64,000 nucleotides of DNA from Candidatus Poseidoniaceae archaeon (GTDB lineage Archaea > Thermoplasmatota > Poseidoniia > Poseidoniales > Poseidoniaceae): NCBI GenBank assembly GCA_943789275.1, contig CALSTM010000001.1, positions 396,902 through 460,901 on the forward strand, in the 5' to 3' direction. The position numbers were made by a program, and so were the translations under genes. The notes beneath the pieces were generated by a model, which was not told where the DNA came from, did no database searches, and saw only the letters and a list, made by a program, of their open reading frames with translations. This document shows, piece by piece, positions 43,074 to 51,344 of the stretch (the first letter of the stretch is position 1; each line of letters starts with the position of its first letter).

Positions 43074-43466
43074 ATGTTCTCACGACGCGTCCGAATGTTG
43101 TTACTTGGGGGAGCTTTGACGCTCGGCCTCCTTGGTGTTCTCCTTATTCAGGCACCTGAACCGACTCGTTCTGTCGATGAAGTGATGAATTCACCTTCAG
43201 ATTTCATCGACCAAGAAATTGCTTTACGCGGTGAAGTGGTTGACGGAAGTATCGACTCGAACGGAAGCGTTTTTCTTTTACACGGCCTTGATCACACGGT
43301 TTTAGTGGATTACATCGATGCTTCTGTATCGAACGGTCTTGGAGATAACCGAACCGTATACGCTCAAGGTGTCCTTCGCTACCTTGATGGAGAATATGTT
43401 TTCGAGGCTCAAATTATCAAGACTTCATGCCCGTCAAAGTATGAAGAAGAAACACCGGTGGAATGA
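43074..43466 (+). CDS. ccmE: cytochrome c maturation heme chaperone CcmE, archaeal CXXXY variant
   Basis: N-terminal TM anchor. OB-fold core pattern (ALRGEVVDGSI...VFLLHGLDHTVLVDY...TVYAQGVL). C-terminal CPSKY in place of the bacterial HDENY heme-binding motif. Confidence 0.65.
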   Translation: MFSRRVRMLLLGGALTLGLLGVLLIQAPEPTRSVDEVMNSPSDFIDQEIALRGEVVDGSIDSNGSVFLLHGLDHTVLVDYIDASVSNGLGDNRTVYAQGVLRYLDGEYVFEAQIIKTSCPSKYEEETPVE

Positions 43467-43503
43467 TTTTCAGTAACGAACATGGGTTTCGTTCAAATAG
43501 AGT

Positions 43504-43832
43504 TGGCCTTAGGGCTACATGGGATAGGTGGGGAGCTAGGCGTACCCTGTACCACAAATCGTCTTCACGGTGGACTGAACGCCTTTGGGCGGCGAAAGCG
43601 GCTCTTTGGTTTCTACATGCGGACGTTGATGTCTCGCCCCCACATGACTCGGGTGCTGTGAACTGTTTCCGGAGGGAAACAGGAATTGGATAGCCGGGGG
43701 AATAGGTCAGGCCGGGAACGGAGCAGCCCTACTCGGAGCCATGGGTGCTGTGGGGTATCGGGATGGAGGAAGTGTGTGGGTTAGGCTGAGGAGAGCGCAT
43801 GTCCACCATTGGAATTCCCACTCCTGAGGCTT
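43504..43832 (+). ncRNA. ffs: signal recognition particle RNA (archaeal 7S/SRP RNA)
   Basis: GGTCAGGCCGGGAACGGAGCAGCC at 43705-43728 closely matches the universally conserved SRP RNA helix-8 (domain IV) motif GGUCAGGUCCGGAAGGAAGCAGCC. 5' GGCCTTAGG (43505) can pair with 3' CCTGAGGC (43823-43830), giving a terminal helix. Total length about 330 nt. The region is non-coding apart from a spurious ORF. Confidence 0.6.
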
Positions 43833-43836
43833 TCAA

Positions 43837-44115
43837 ATGGCTTTCGTGAACTTCTATTCAGTCATCCATTTCTTCATATGGTCGACGACAGGTCGGTATA
43901 TTTTCAACCATTGGAAGTTGTTTTTCCTCCTCAGTATTGGTTGGGAAGTTTTGGAATTATACCTTCCGTATGAGTTCGCAGTTGAAGAACTCGGCAACAA
44001 AATAATGGACGTTGTGTTCAACACAGTTGGCTTTTATCTTGGCACTCGTATTCGGTACGATGGCCTCGTGACTCAGATATCAAAAACGACGTCACAGAAC
44101 CAACCAGGACCCTGA
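43837..44115 (+). CDS. small hydrophobic protein (92 aa, 2 TM), doubtful
   Basis: ORF starts immediately after the SRP RNA and overlaps the archease 3' end by about 40 nt convergently. Hydrophobic composition only. Confidence 0.25.
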   Translation: MAFVNFYSVIHFFIWSTTGRYIFNHWKLFFLLSIGWEVLELYLPYEFAVEELGNKIMDVVFNTVGFYLGTRIRYDGLVTQISKTTSQNQPGP

Positions 44116-44573
44116 AAATCCGGCACTTGCTCCCAAGGAGAGTGGGCATGTTCGGATACTTTCAATTCGGTGAATTGCAATTCATGACTCGTTACTGCCT
44201 TAATTTCCACTTCGCGTTCCACATGTTCACTCTCAACCCAAGAAACATGTCCAGAAGCAATCACTTTCTTTTCTTCCCAAGAAAACGCCAACTGACAGTC
44301 TACCAGCCATTGGTTGTGTATTTCTGCCCGATACAGCACTTCTTCAAGCCATTGAACAAGAAGTAAATCCCACGCTTGAGACCCACCATCATGGGGCGCC
44401 TCTATTTGCCAAAGTGAGGAATGGCGAACATGTGTGTTGAGAATTCTTTGTGCTTCATCTGAGAGTAAGATGTCTTGCATACCCAATGATGCTTCAGTAA
44501 AGAGACGTGATGGACTCGAAGCGAATGCTCGAAGCGCAATGTCAGCAGTCGTAGGCCTCGGCCATGAACTCAT
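44073..44573 (-). CDS. archease (RtcB activator)
   Basis: PRPTTADIALRAFASSPSRLFTEASLGM matches the archease N-terminal HTADI..A.G...ELF..AA.GM signature. The C-terminal end ...VVFDI is also archease-like. Confidence 0.65.
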   Translation of the reverse strand: MSSWPRPTTADIALRAFASSPSRLFTEASLGMQDILLSDEAQRILNTHVRHSSLWQIEAPHDGGSQAWDLLLVQWLEEVLYRAEIHNQWLVDCQLAFSWEEKKVIASGHVSWVESEHVEREVEIKAVTSHELQFTELKVSEHAHSPWEQVPDFQGPGWFCDVVFDI

Positions 44574-44582
44574 TGAAACACC

Positions 44583-45644
44583 TCAGCGCTTTGAAACTTG
44601 CAAGTTCCACGACATTTCACCGATTCGATCGATAAGGTCTTCACGGCTCAACACAAAAGATTCAGTTTTGTCAGCACCCAAAATACATTCACATGCCGCA
44701 TTGGCGAGCAGTGCCGTATTACGTACAGACATGTTCTTGGAAATCGCAACAGCGATGGCGACTGCTGCCGCGTCGATGAGTCCAATCATTTGTCGTAAAT
44801 CATCGAGTGTACATGGTGCATGGACAACTTCTTCATCTCTCGAATAGATGGTGACTCCAGCTTCACCTGACAGGACAACCAAGTGATTCCAGTCATGCGT
44901 TTCAATAAGTTGCATTGCTGCTTCACTTCCGGTTGAAACACCCAGTCTTCGTCGCATCAATTCCAATCCTTGAGACTGGAATAAAATCCAGTTAACGCCG
45001 TGAGTTCGATGAAGGCCGGTTAACTTAGGGTCTGCGATTATTGGTACATTTTTACTGCGAGCGGTTTTGATGATTCGGTCAGCACCAGCGTCATTGACAA
45101 CGCCTTGGCCGTAATCGGATAGAATAACAACATCAGCATTTTCCACTTCGAGCATGGCATTGTCATAGAGTGATTGTGATGCGTCAAGCGGTACTGGGTT
45201 GTCATCTTCGACGTCCCATCGCAGTAATAATTGTTCATCGCTGACGAGACTTTCGCGTGTTGCTAACATTCGTGTTTTAACGGTCGTTGTTCGCCCGTCA
45301 ATGATCGAAATACCTCCAGTAGCAACCCCTTCATCGTCCAGAGACTGTAATATATTGAGACCCGCCCGGTCATCGCCGACAACACCGAACAGGAAACTTT
45401 GCAATCCCATGGAATTCAAACCTCTGCCGACGTGTGCTGCCGCTCCGACATCTTCCTCTCGCATCGTTTCACGTAGAACTGGCACTGGTGCTCTTGAGTT
45501 GAGATTGTTTGCATAACCGTGAATGTAACAGTCCATCATGATATCTCCGATGAGAACCACTTTCGATTCACCTGATTGTTTGAGTAAACTCTTGAGGTTT
45601 TTCAAATCTTCATACACTGCCTCTTCCTCATCTGACATTCCCAT
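44583..45644 (-). CDS. PfkB-family sugar kinase resembling HldE/RfaE domain I (heptose-7-phosphate kinase-like)
   Basis: VVLIGDIMMDCYIHG...RAPVPVL...GAAAHVGRGLNSMG...FGVVGDD parallels HldE domain I, including the N-terminal GG lid region. C-terminal anion-hole motif is GLID rather than GAGD. Confidence 0.65.
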   Translation of the reverse strand: MGMSDEEEAVYEDLKNLKSLLKQSGESKVVLIGDIMMDCYIHGYANNLNSRAPVPVLRETMREEDVGAAAHVGRGLNSMGLQSFLFGVVGDDRAGLNILQSLDDEGVATGGISIIDGRTTTVKTRMLATRESLVSDEQLLLRWDVEDDNPVPLDASQSLYDNAMLEVENADVVILSDYGQGVVNDAGADRIIKTARSKNVPIIADPKLTGLHRTHGVNWILFQSQGLELMRRRLGVSTGSEAAMQLIETHDWNHLVVLSGEAGVTIYSRDEEVVHAPCTLDDLRQMIGLIDAAAVAIAVAISKNMSVRNTALLANAACECILGADKTESFVLSREDLIDRIGEMSWNLQVSKR

Positions 45645-45676
45645 AATCGACCCTCAGTTTACTCGTTGTTTGTTTC

Positions 45677-46711
45677 TCATTTGATTGTATCGCGCAGTTC
45701 CGCAAGGAGACTCGCATGTTGCACATCGGTAATTCCTAATGTTTCTCGTAGTGTTGCGAGCATGGCGCCTTCATCTTCGGTTATTATTCCATCTTGAAGT
45801 GCTGTGATGAGCGTCGATCTGTAGGTCATGTACTTTTCAGAAACCAGAGGCGATTTTTTAGCATCCTCAAGCAATTTGTCGTGCGTCAGTCGATCAAATC
45901 CATATGCTATTCGGACCGTTTCCAACAATGCTATTTCATCATCGACAAGTTCACCATCAACCATGGCCTGACGGAGCATATCAAGATAAATTTCTTCAGG
46001 TGGTGGGGCTTTTTGTTCTTTTCGAGCCTCATCAGAAAGACGTCGCACACGTTCCGGATGCATTCCAAGGAAGTCTACGACCTCAGTGAGCAAGTATTGT
46101 TCATCTTTCGTGATTTTACCGTCTTCCCAAGCCCTGGCAAACAGTCGGCGAATGAGATTTTCACCGGCTTGGGCATCCAGTGAGGCGACACCTTCTGGAT
46201 TGGAGACAGGAGACACGACAGGATTTTCATGCATGTTCATCCCTTCGTCAATGTAGGACAGTAGGTCAAGTGTAGCCTGGCCGCCCTTCCGAAGTTCTGA
46301 AAGGAGAGTTTTCTCGCCGTTTTTAAGAACAAAGAGGTTGAGAATTTTTTCTCGTAATTTCCGCGCCAATTCTCTTCCATTCGCTGTCAAACCGTAGACT
46401 TGCCTACGCTGTTTGGCTCCCGGGACATGGCGTTTATCGGTCGTCAAGTCACCTCGTTGTTCCAGCCGTTTGAGTGTGCGTGGCACGTGTTTACGCTGTA
46501 CATGTACGGCTGCTGAGATACCTGCCTGCGTTAGAGCTGCAGGCGCTTCCCAAGCACCTTCGGGGAGGTTATGGTCAAACAAATGCAAAAGCATTCGCTC
46601 TTCCGTCGTCAACGACCCCAGATAACCGTCTACCACTTGGCTCCCCAATACTTCGTAGAAGCGGGAGCACATAGCCCCATCGGTAACCCTAAACTCAAAT
46701 GTCGAGGACAC
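45677..46711 (-). CDS. winged-helix DNA-binding protein fused to three TerB-like repeats
   Basis: wHTH segment (VPRTLKRLEQRGDL...RRQVYGLTANGRELARKL). Three repeats of the form DG(K/E/I)IT(K/D/E)DE..LL..V...LG(I/F). Start uncertain (internal ATGs at 46672 and 46594). Confidence 0.5.
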   Translation of the reverse strand: MSSTFEFRVTDGAMCSRFYEVLGSQVVDGYLGSLTTEERMLLHLFDHNLPEGAWEAPAALTQAGISAAVHVQRKHVPRTLKRLEQRGDLTTDKRHVPGAKQRRQVYGLTANGRELARKLREKILNLFVLKNGEKTLLSELRKGGQATLDLLSYIDEGMNMHENPVVSPVSNPEGVASLDAQAGENLIRRLFARAWEDGKITKDEQYLLTEVVDFLGMHPERVRRLSDEARKEQKAPPPEEIYLDMLRQAMVDGELVDDEIALLETVRIAYGFDRLTHDKLLEDAKKSPLVSEKYMTYRSTLITALQDGIITEDEGAMLATLRETLGITDVQHASLLAELRDTIK

Positions 46712-46722
46712 AACGCATCTAC

Positions 46723-47835
46723 ATGGCGAGGCAGAACCGCAAGTTTACACCGCGTCAAAGAACGACCCGCCCTCTTGGGTCTCCACTGACCACGAATCTA
46801 CCTCCAGCTCAACCCCTTGCACCCCCGTACCAGAAAGATGGTGAATGGTATATTGAGCCACCATTATCATCGAGACTGTATCAAAAAAGTGCCATTGGGT
46901 ACATGCAGTCGGATGAAAGCATACGCGTTTCGACTGAAGAGATTCTGTTTTGTCACTGGCATCGTCATCTCCCTCTACCCTCTGATTCCTGGTTTGAAGA
47001 AGCAGTTGAGAAGGACCCCAATGTCATCGCCCGCAGTATTCTTTTCGATACCGCCCGAAGCGGTGGTGAATTACTGATTCCAGCACAGAATATTCCAAGC
47101 AAGTGGAATATTGAAATTCCTTCAGCAACATGGGCCTTACGGTGGAACCGTGAGCAAATTTTCTCAAAGGAAATGCCAGTTGCACATGTTCGTTGGGCTT
47201 GGACTACAGATGAAATTGACTGGATGGAAATGGTCGAATGGACATCATGGGTCCACGAACAAGGAATGTTGGCAGAATTTTTGGTCATCGATGAGGAAAT
47301 GGATGTCACCATGTACCTGCTGTCGCAGGTAGAACCAAGTGGCCATCAGCAACTTTGGGCCTCCTTTTCGAACTCTGAACGTGTTCAAATTGCAGACTTG
47401 TGGGGGACTCGAATTGCCCGAGGTGATGGATGGTACATTCCAAATGCTACCAATTGGCATTGGGACTCAATCGGTGTCGAACATCTGTCCGGCCGACACC
47501 TTCGTCATGAAGAAGGTCAACTTGTCCAAGCCTCAATTGACGAAAATCAGTTGGATTCCAATTTTGATTTGTATACTGACCTGGTAGGACGTGGTGTACT
47601 ATTGCGCCCCGGATTCAAGTACGGTAGTCGATGGAGAGTGTACGAAACCCCGGTAGGAAACGCCCACGCTCCATGGCTCATTCAACCTCATGAAGACGCG
47701 CCTCGAACATGGGAGGCCGCTTGTTTGGCAGTCCGTCTTTCCGAAGGAGTTCACAAAATGTGGCTTTGTGCTTTACCTTTCCATGACCGCTGGTTCTACC
47801 TTCACATGCAACGATGGTTACCGGGTCGTAATTGA
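46723..47835 (+). CDS. endA: tRNA-splicing endonuclease, long (duplicated-domain, homodimeric) form
   Basis: C-terminal catalytic domain YTDLVGRGVLLRPGFKYGSRWRVYE...HAPWLI...GVHK matches the EndA Y/H/K catalytic region. The N-terminal half is a degenerate repeat, as in alpha2-type euryarchaeal enzymes. Confidence 0.7.
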   Translation: MARQNRKFTPRQRTTRPLGSPLTTNLPPAQPLAPPYQKDGEWYIEPPLSSRLYQKSAIGYMQSDESIRVSTEEILFCHWHRHLPLPSDSWFEEAVEKDPNVIARSILFDTARSGGELLIPAQNIPSKWNIEIPSATWALRWNREQIFSKEMPVAHVRWAWTTDEIDWMEMVEWTSWVHEQGMLAEFLVIDEEMDVTMYLLSQVEPSGHQQLWASFSNSERVQIADLWGTRIARGDGWYIPNATNWHWDSIGVEHLSGRHLRHEEGQLVQASIDENQLDSNFDLYTDLVGRGVLLRPGFKYGSRWRVYETPVGNAHAPWLIQPHEDAPRTWEAACLAVRLSEGVHKMWLCALPFHDRWFYLHMQRWLPGRN

Positions 47836-49974
47836 CTAACTTGGGTCGAGTTCTCGACCCCAAGCGTCGATTTCTTTTGATTCAGCGTTCTCGACGAGGT
47901 TGAATGGACCGGCCGTGGAATGAGATTCTTCTTTCTTGGGCTTTCGGTTGATGTCAACCATTCCTAACAGAACCCATATTGCGCAAATCAGTCCAGCTAA
48001 TCCGAGTAGACGACCGGGCGTTCTCCACTCATCGAACGTATTTATTTCACCGTCAATTGCAGAATATTCAAGTTGTATGCTCCAACGATGACCACTCTGA
48101 GAGATCAGGACAACTTGCCCATCGACCGACATCCTGTTCTGTAAGAGGCCATTGGGGTCAATTTGTACTTCGAGGCTATCGTTGCCGGTGAGAACAATTC
48201 TATTTTCAACTTCCCCAATTCGAGACATTGGTCCATCCAATTCTACAGTAAAGGATTGTTCAGAATTACCAAGTGAATCAATGGGGATTTCTATGGTCGA
48301 TGAACCATAGGCCTGAAGTGTGCCAGTTTCAGTGATTTCTACAGGGATGCGCCCCAGCGTCAAAATCTGTGTATTGATATGGATTGTATCGTTTCCGCAA
48401 CTGAATGTTCCTTGGATTACTGCCTCTGCATTTGCTGTCCCTGGTGTTGAGAACTGCAACTGGACGACATTCTCTCCCTCGTTAACCAGCAATTCTTGTT
48501 GGATGAAAGTGCGCCCGTCAGATACGGTTAGGTTGTGGGCAAATTGGCATGGTTCGATTACTGAAACGAGAAGTTCAAAAGGCTGTTGTGGTAGAAGTAC
48601 ACCACCAAAGTCTGGAGCGTCGATGGTGAACTGCGACGTGCATTTTGGAGCGTTAAAATGGACGGTTACCGTGATGTTGATTTCAACTGTTGCCACCCAC
48701 GGCACAAGAATTCCATCGTGATTGTAAATGAGGATACCTTCTGCCCCGAATGTGCTACCGTTCTGAAACAGATCAGATTCTTCTCCTGAATTGACACCCC
48801 TCCGCAAATCTGTTCGACCATCTGCTTCGATGACCGTAAGCCATGGCTGGTCGGGGTCCCTGTTGAGTTCATTTTGCTCTTCATCACCTACGCTTCTGTC
48901 TTGATAGGTCACCAGTACTCCTGAACCGGGGAGATGTTGGTCAAATCCATAATTCGACCTGTATTCGATCCATACGAATTCTTCCGCAGAAAGCGGTACT
49001 TTGAGTGAAGAGCCGTTTTCGCTCATTCCTTTCATATCCACACTTGGGCCAATGCAAGGTGCTTGCGCTGTTTCTGGCCAATTCAAATCCATGGTCTGTG
49101 AACGGTTTGCGCCAAGCAGTTCGAGAGATGCAGAGGTCGGAAGCGCAGGCCAATTCCCACCTCCGTTCCAATTACCACTTGCCATAATATCCCAATCACC
49201 CACACCTTGCCAGTCGTTTAATCGGCTTGAATCATGTACGGGATAAAGATCCATAGCACCCATTTGATGCATCATTTCATGCAATATTGTCCCCATCCCA
49301 CTTGAGCCTGTCTTAATGCTGGCCATCGTGTAATGGGCAACATCAACACCGCTTTCCACTTGGATGGCTGTATCAAAGCGGGTGAAATGGCTCCAAATCT
49401 TACTCGTTTGGCCAGGGTTTTCTTCTTGCCCCTTTGTTGTATGGAGTATAAGCAACCGGTCGACTACTCCATTTCCATTCAGGTCGTATTCATCCCAGTC
49501 TGCATAGGTCATGTGATCAAGGACTGCTTCTTCAGCCAATTTCATCGGTAAAAATTCACCTTTTTGGTTCGTATCTCGATTACCATTTGTGTCACTTCCA
49601 TAGTCTGCAAGCGTCCCTGAAGCACGCGTCACTCTGGTACTCACATCAATGTGAATCTCTGTTGTAGAGCCCGATAATTGGAATAAATATTCGCGAGCCA
49701 CATCATTGAGCAGTAAATCCGCTTGGATTGGACCAGAGGCTTCGTTTGCAGGAGATTCATCAAAATCAACGACAAGTACAAGCCATCGTTCTTGCTCTTG
49801 TAACTGCAACAAAGGGACGTCTTGTTCTTGTATTGTAATCGCATTATCGCTCACCCATTGTTCAACTGTGTCGTTGTTCATGAACGACCAAGAACTTGCA
49901 AGTAGAAGTGCAACGAGGATTGGCACACCAAACCTCGGACTCATGCTTAATCGCAGAAGGACAAAGGGTTTCAA
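47836..49974 (-). CDS. secreted zinc metallopeptidase (HEXXH) with C-terminal membrane anchor
   Basis: Signal peptide. ILHEMMHQMGAMDLYP (HEXXH followed by downstream D/Y). C-terminal TM LLGLAGLICAIWVLLGMV followed by a charged tail. Confidence 0.55.
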   Translation of the reverse strand: MKPFVLLRLSMSPRFGVPILVALLLASSWSFMNNDTVEQWVSDNAITIQEQDVPLLQLQEQERWLVLVVDFDESPANEASGPIQADLLLNDVAREYLFQLSGSTTEIHIDVSTRVTRASGTLADYGSDTNGNRDTNQKGEFLPMKLAEEAVLDHMTYADWDEYDLNGNGVVDRLLILHTTKGQEENPGQTSKIWSHFTRFDTAIQVESGVDVAHYTMASIKTGSSGMGTILHEMMHQMGAMDLYPVHDSSRLNDWQGVGDWDIMASGNWNGGGNWPALPTSASLELLGANRSQTMDLNWPETAQAPCIGPSVDMKGMSENGSSLKVPLSAEEFVWIEYRSNYGFDQHLPGSGVLVTYQDRSVGDEEQNELNRDPDQPWLTVIEADGRTDLRRGVNSGEESDLFQNGSTFGAEGILIYNHDGILVPWVATVEINITVTVHFNAPKCTSQFTIDAPDFGGVLLPQQPFELLVSVIEPCQFAHNLTVSDGRTFIQQELLVNEGENVVQLQFSTPGTANAEAVIQGTFSCGNDTIHINTQILTLGRIPVEITETGTLQAYGSSTIEIPIDSLGNSEQSFTVELDGPMSRIGEVENRIVLTGNDSLEVQIDPNGLLQNRMSVDGQVVLISQSGHRWSIQLEYSAIDGEINTFDEWRTPGRLLGLAGLICAIWVLLGMVDINRKPKKEESHSTAGPFNLVENAESKEIDAWGRELDPS

Positions 49975-49983
49975 TGCTTGGCT

Positions 49984-51309
49984 TTACTGATGCAGTAACA
50001 GTTGGGTTGTCATTGGTAAATTTTCAAGTGAATCTCTTACTTGATTTCCAGTGAATGGGTCCAAATGGATGAGCAGTTGGTGAGGCTCTAATTGCATCCC
50101 CCAAGTGTCCTCTTTACGACGTGTGTCAATGAGAAGTTCTATTCCTTTTAGGTCCTTCAAGGACTCGTGTATTCTGCCAGGTATGCCGTGTTTGGACCAA
50201 GGGTCCTCTATGCTCATCACTTTCAATTCAAATTCTGTAATCTCAAACGGTGAAGGTAATGTTCGGTAGGATTGGTGCTCCAACATGTCCATTCCTCGAA
50301 GTTTACAGCCAAGCGTTCTGCAATTTTGTTTGAATCCGTCCGGCAACGGTTCAGACGAACATCCGCTAATGAGGACATCAGTGAGGCGATGGCTGAGAAT
50401 TTTTTCCAGTACACTCTCCTGTTGTTGTACCGAATGGCACAGATTGGTAATACGCTGAATTGCAATTGGTGAATGAGCACCGTTCGGTATAGGGTTTCCA
50501 GCTCCGTTGCAGGTGCAGTCGACCAGTAGCATGTTCCGCATTCCACCCTCAGCATCCATAATCGGATTTTTCCCACTGAACATGGGTGGTTCAGCCAGTA
50601 ACCATCGACGGCTACCGCGTTCGATGAGTGCGATTGCAGAGGTGGTTAAGATCAATGCAAATCCACCGTATTCGGGCAATGATGCAAGCAAGAGCAGCAA
50701 TACGATTCCGTATACTCGCAGTCTCCACCAGTCTGCAGTTTCTCGGTTGAGCATCCCCAAGCAACCGGCAAGTACCATAGCACTGAGCGCACATGCTACA
50801 ATGACCTGTGCCCATACAACTGCTACCGTCATCGATAGCATGTGGACTGCATCGTACCGTGCATCCAGTTGCATGGATTCGTGGGTTTGGTGACCGGTTT
50901 CAAACAGAAAAGGAAACAGGAACCCCACCGTTGTTAGTACTGCCAGAACAAGCGTAATGCTACCGCCAAGAAACCACGATTTAACCCATTGCTGTTCAGT
51001 TGGTAGAAGTCCTGGCCGAGCGAATTTCCAGCCGTTATAAAATGCCAATGGCGCCGCTGTCGCAACACCCAATATTGCAGAACTCATCCACCGAACTGCA
51101 CTCCATCGGGCTGGGTCATAGAGGTTGAGGCAACCATCATCACACGGATTCAAACGGCTTAGCAGCACATCTAATATTTGGTCGATTTGCGTTAGCCATC
51201 CCAATGTGAAAACGGTCGCTAAAAAGAAAACAAGAGTTGTCCGAGAAGTAAGTTCATTCAAGTGCTCTTGAATATGTCTCTCTTGGTCCAATTCGAGTTG
51301 CAGAGACAT
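49984..51309 (-). CDS. tatC: TatC-like translocase component with approx. 200-aa Cys-rich C-terminal cytoplasmic extension
   Basis: TatC hallmarks: EHLNELTSR (HLxELRxR), WKFARPGLLPTE (W.F..PaL...E), six hydrophobic helices, SLPE in place of TPPD. Extension contains VDCTCNGAG, CHS, SGCSS, CRTLGC. Confidence 0.5.
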   Translation of the reverse strand: MSLQLELDQERHIQEHLNELTSRTTLVFFLATVFTLGWLTQIDQILDVLLSRLNPCDDGCLNLYDPARWSAVRWMSSAILGVATAAPLAFYNGWKFARPGLLPTEQQWVKSWFLGGSITLVLAVLTTVGFLFPFLFETGHQTHESMQLDARYDAVHMLSMTVAVVWAQVIVACALSAMVLAGCLGMLNRETADWWRLRVYGIVLLLLLASLPEYGGFALILTTSAIALIERGSRRWLLAEPPMFSGKNPIMDAEGGMRNMLLVDCTCNGAGNPIPNGAHSPIAIQRITNLCHSVQQQESVLEKILSHRLTDVLISGCSSEPLPDGFKQNCRTLGCKLRGMDMLEHQSYRTLPSPFEITEFELKVMSIEDPWSKHGIPGRIHESLKDLKGIELLIDTRRKEDTWGMQLEPHQLLIHLDPFTGNQVRDSLENLPMTTQLLLHQ

Positions 51310-51344
51310 AGGATTCCCTCAGTTCCTTTGGAGGAGTAGGAGAT

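Noticed and set aside
43463-43693. 76-aa ORF in the ORF track
   Set aside because: It lies entirely within the SRP RNA gene and is a spurious reading frame.
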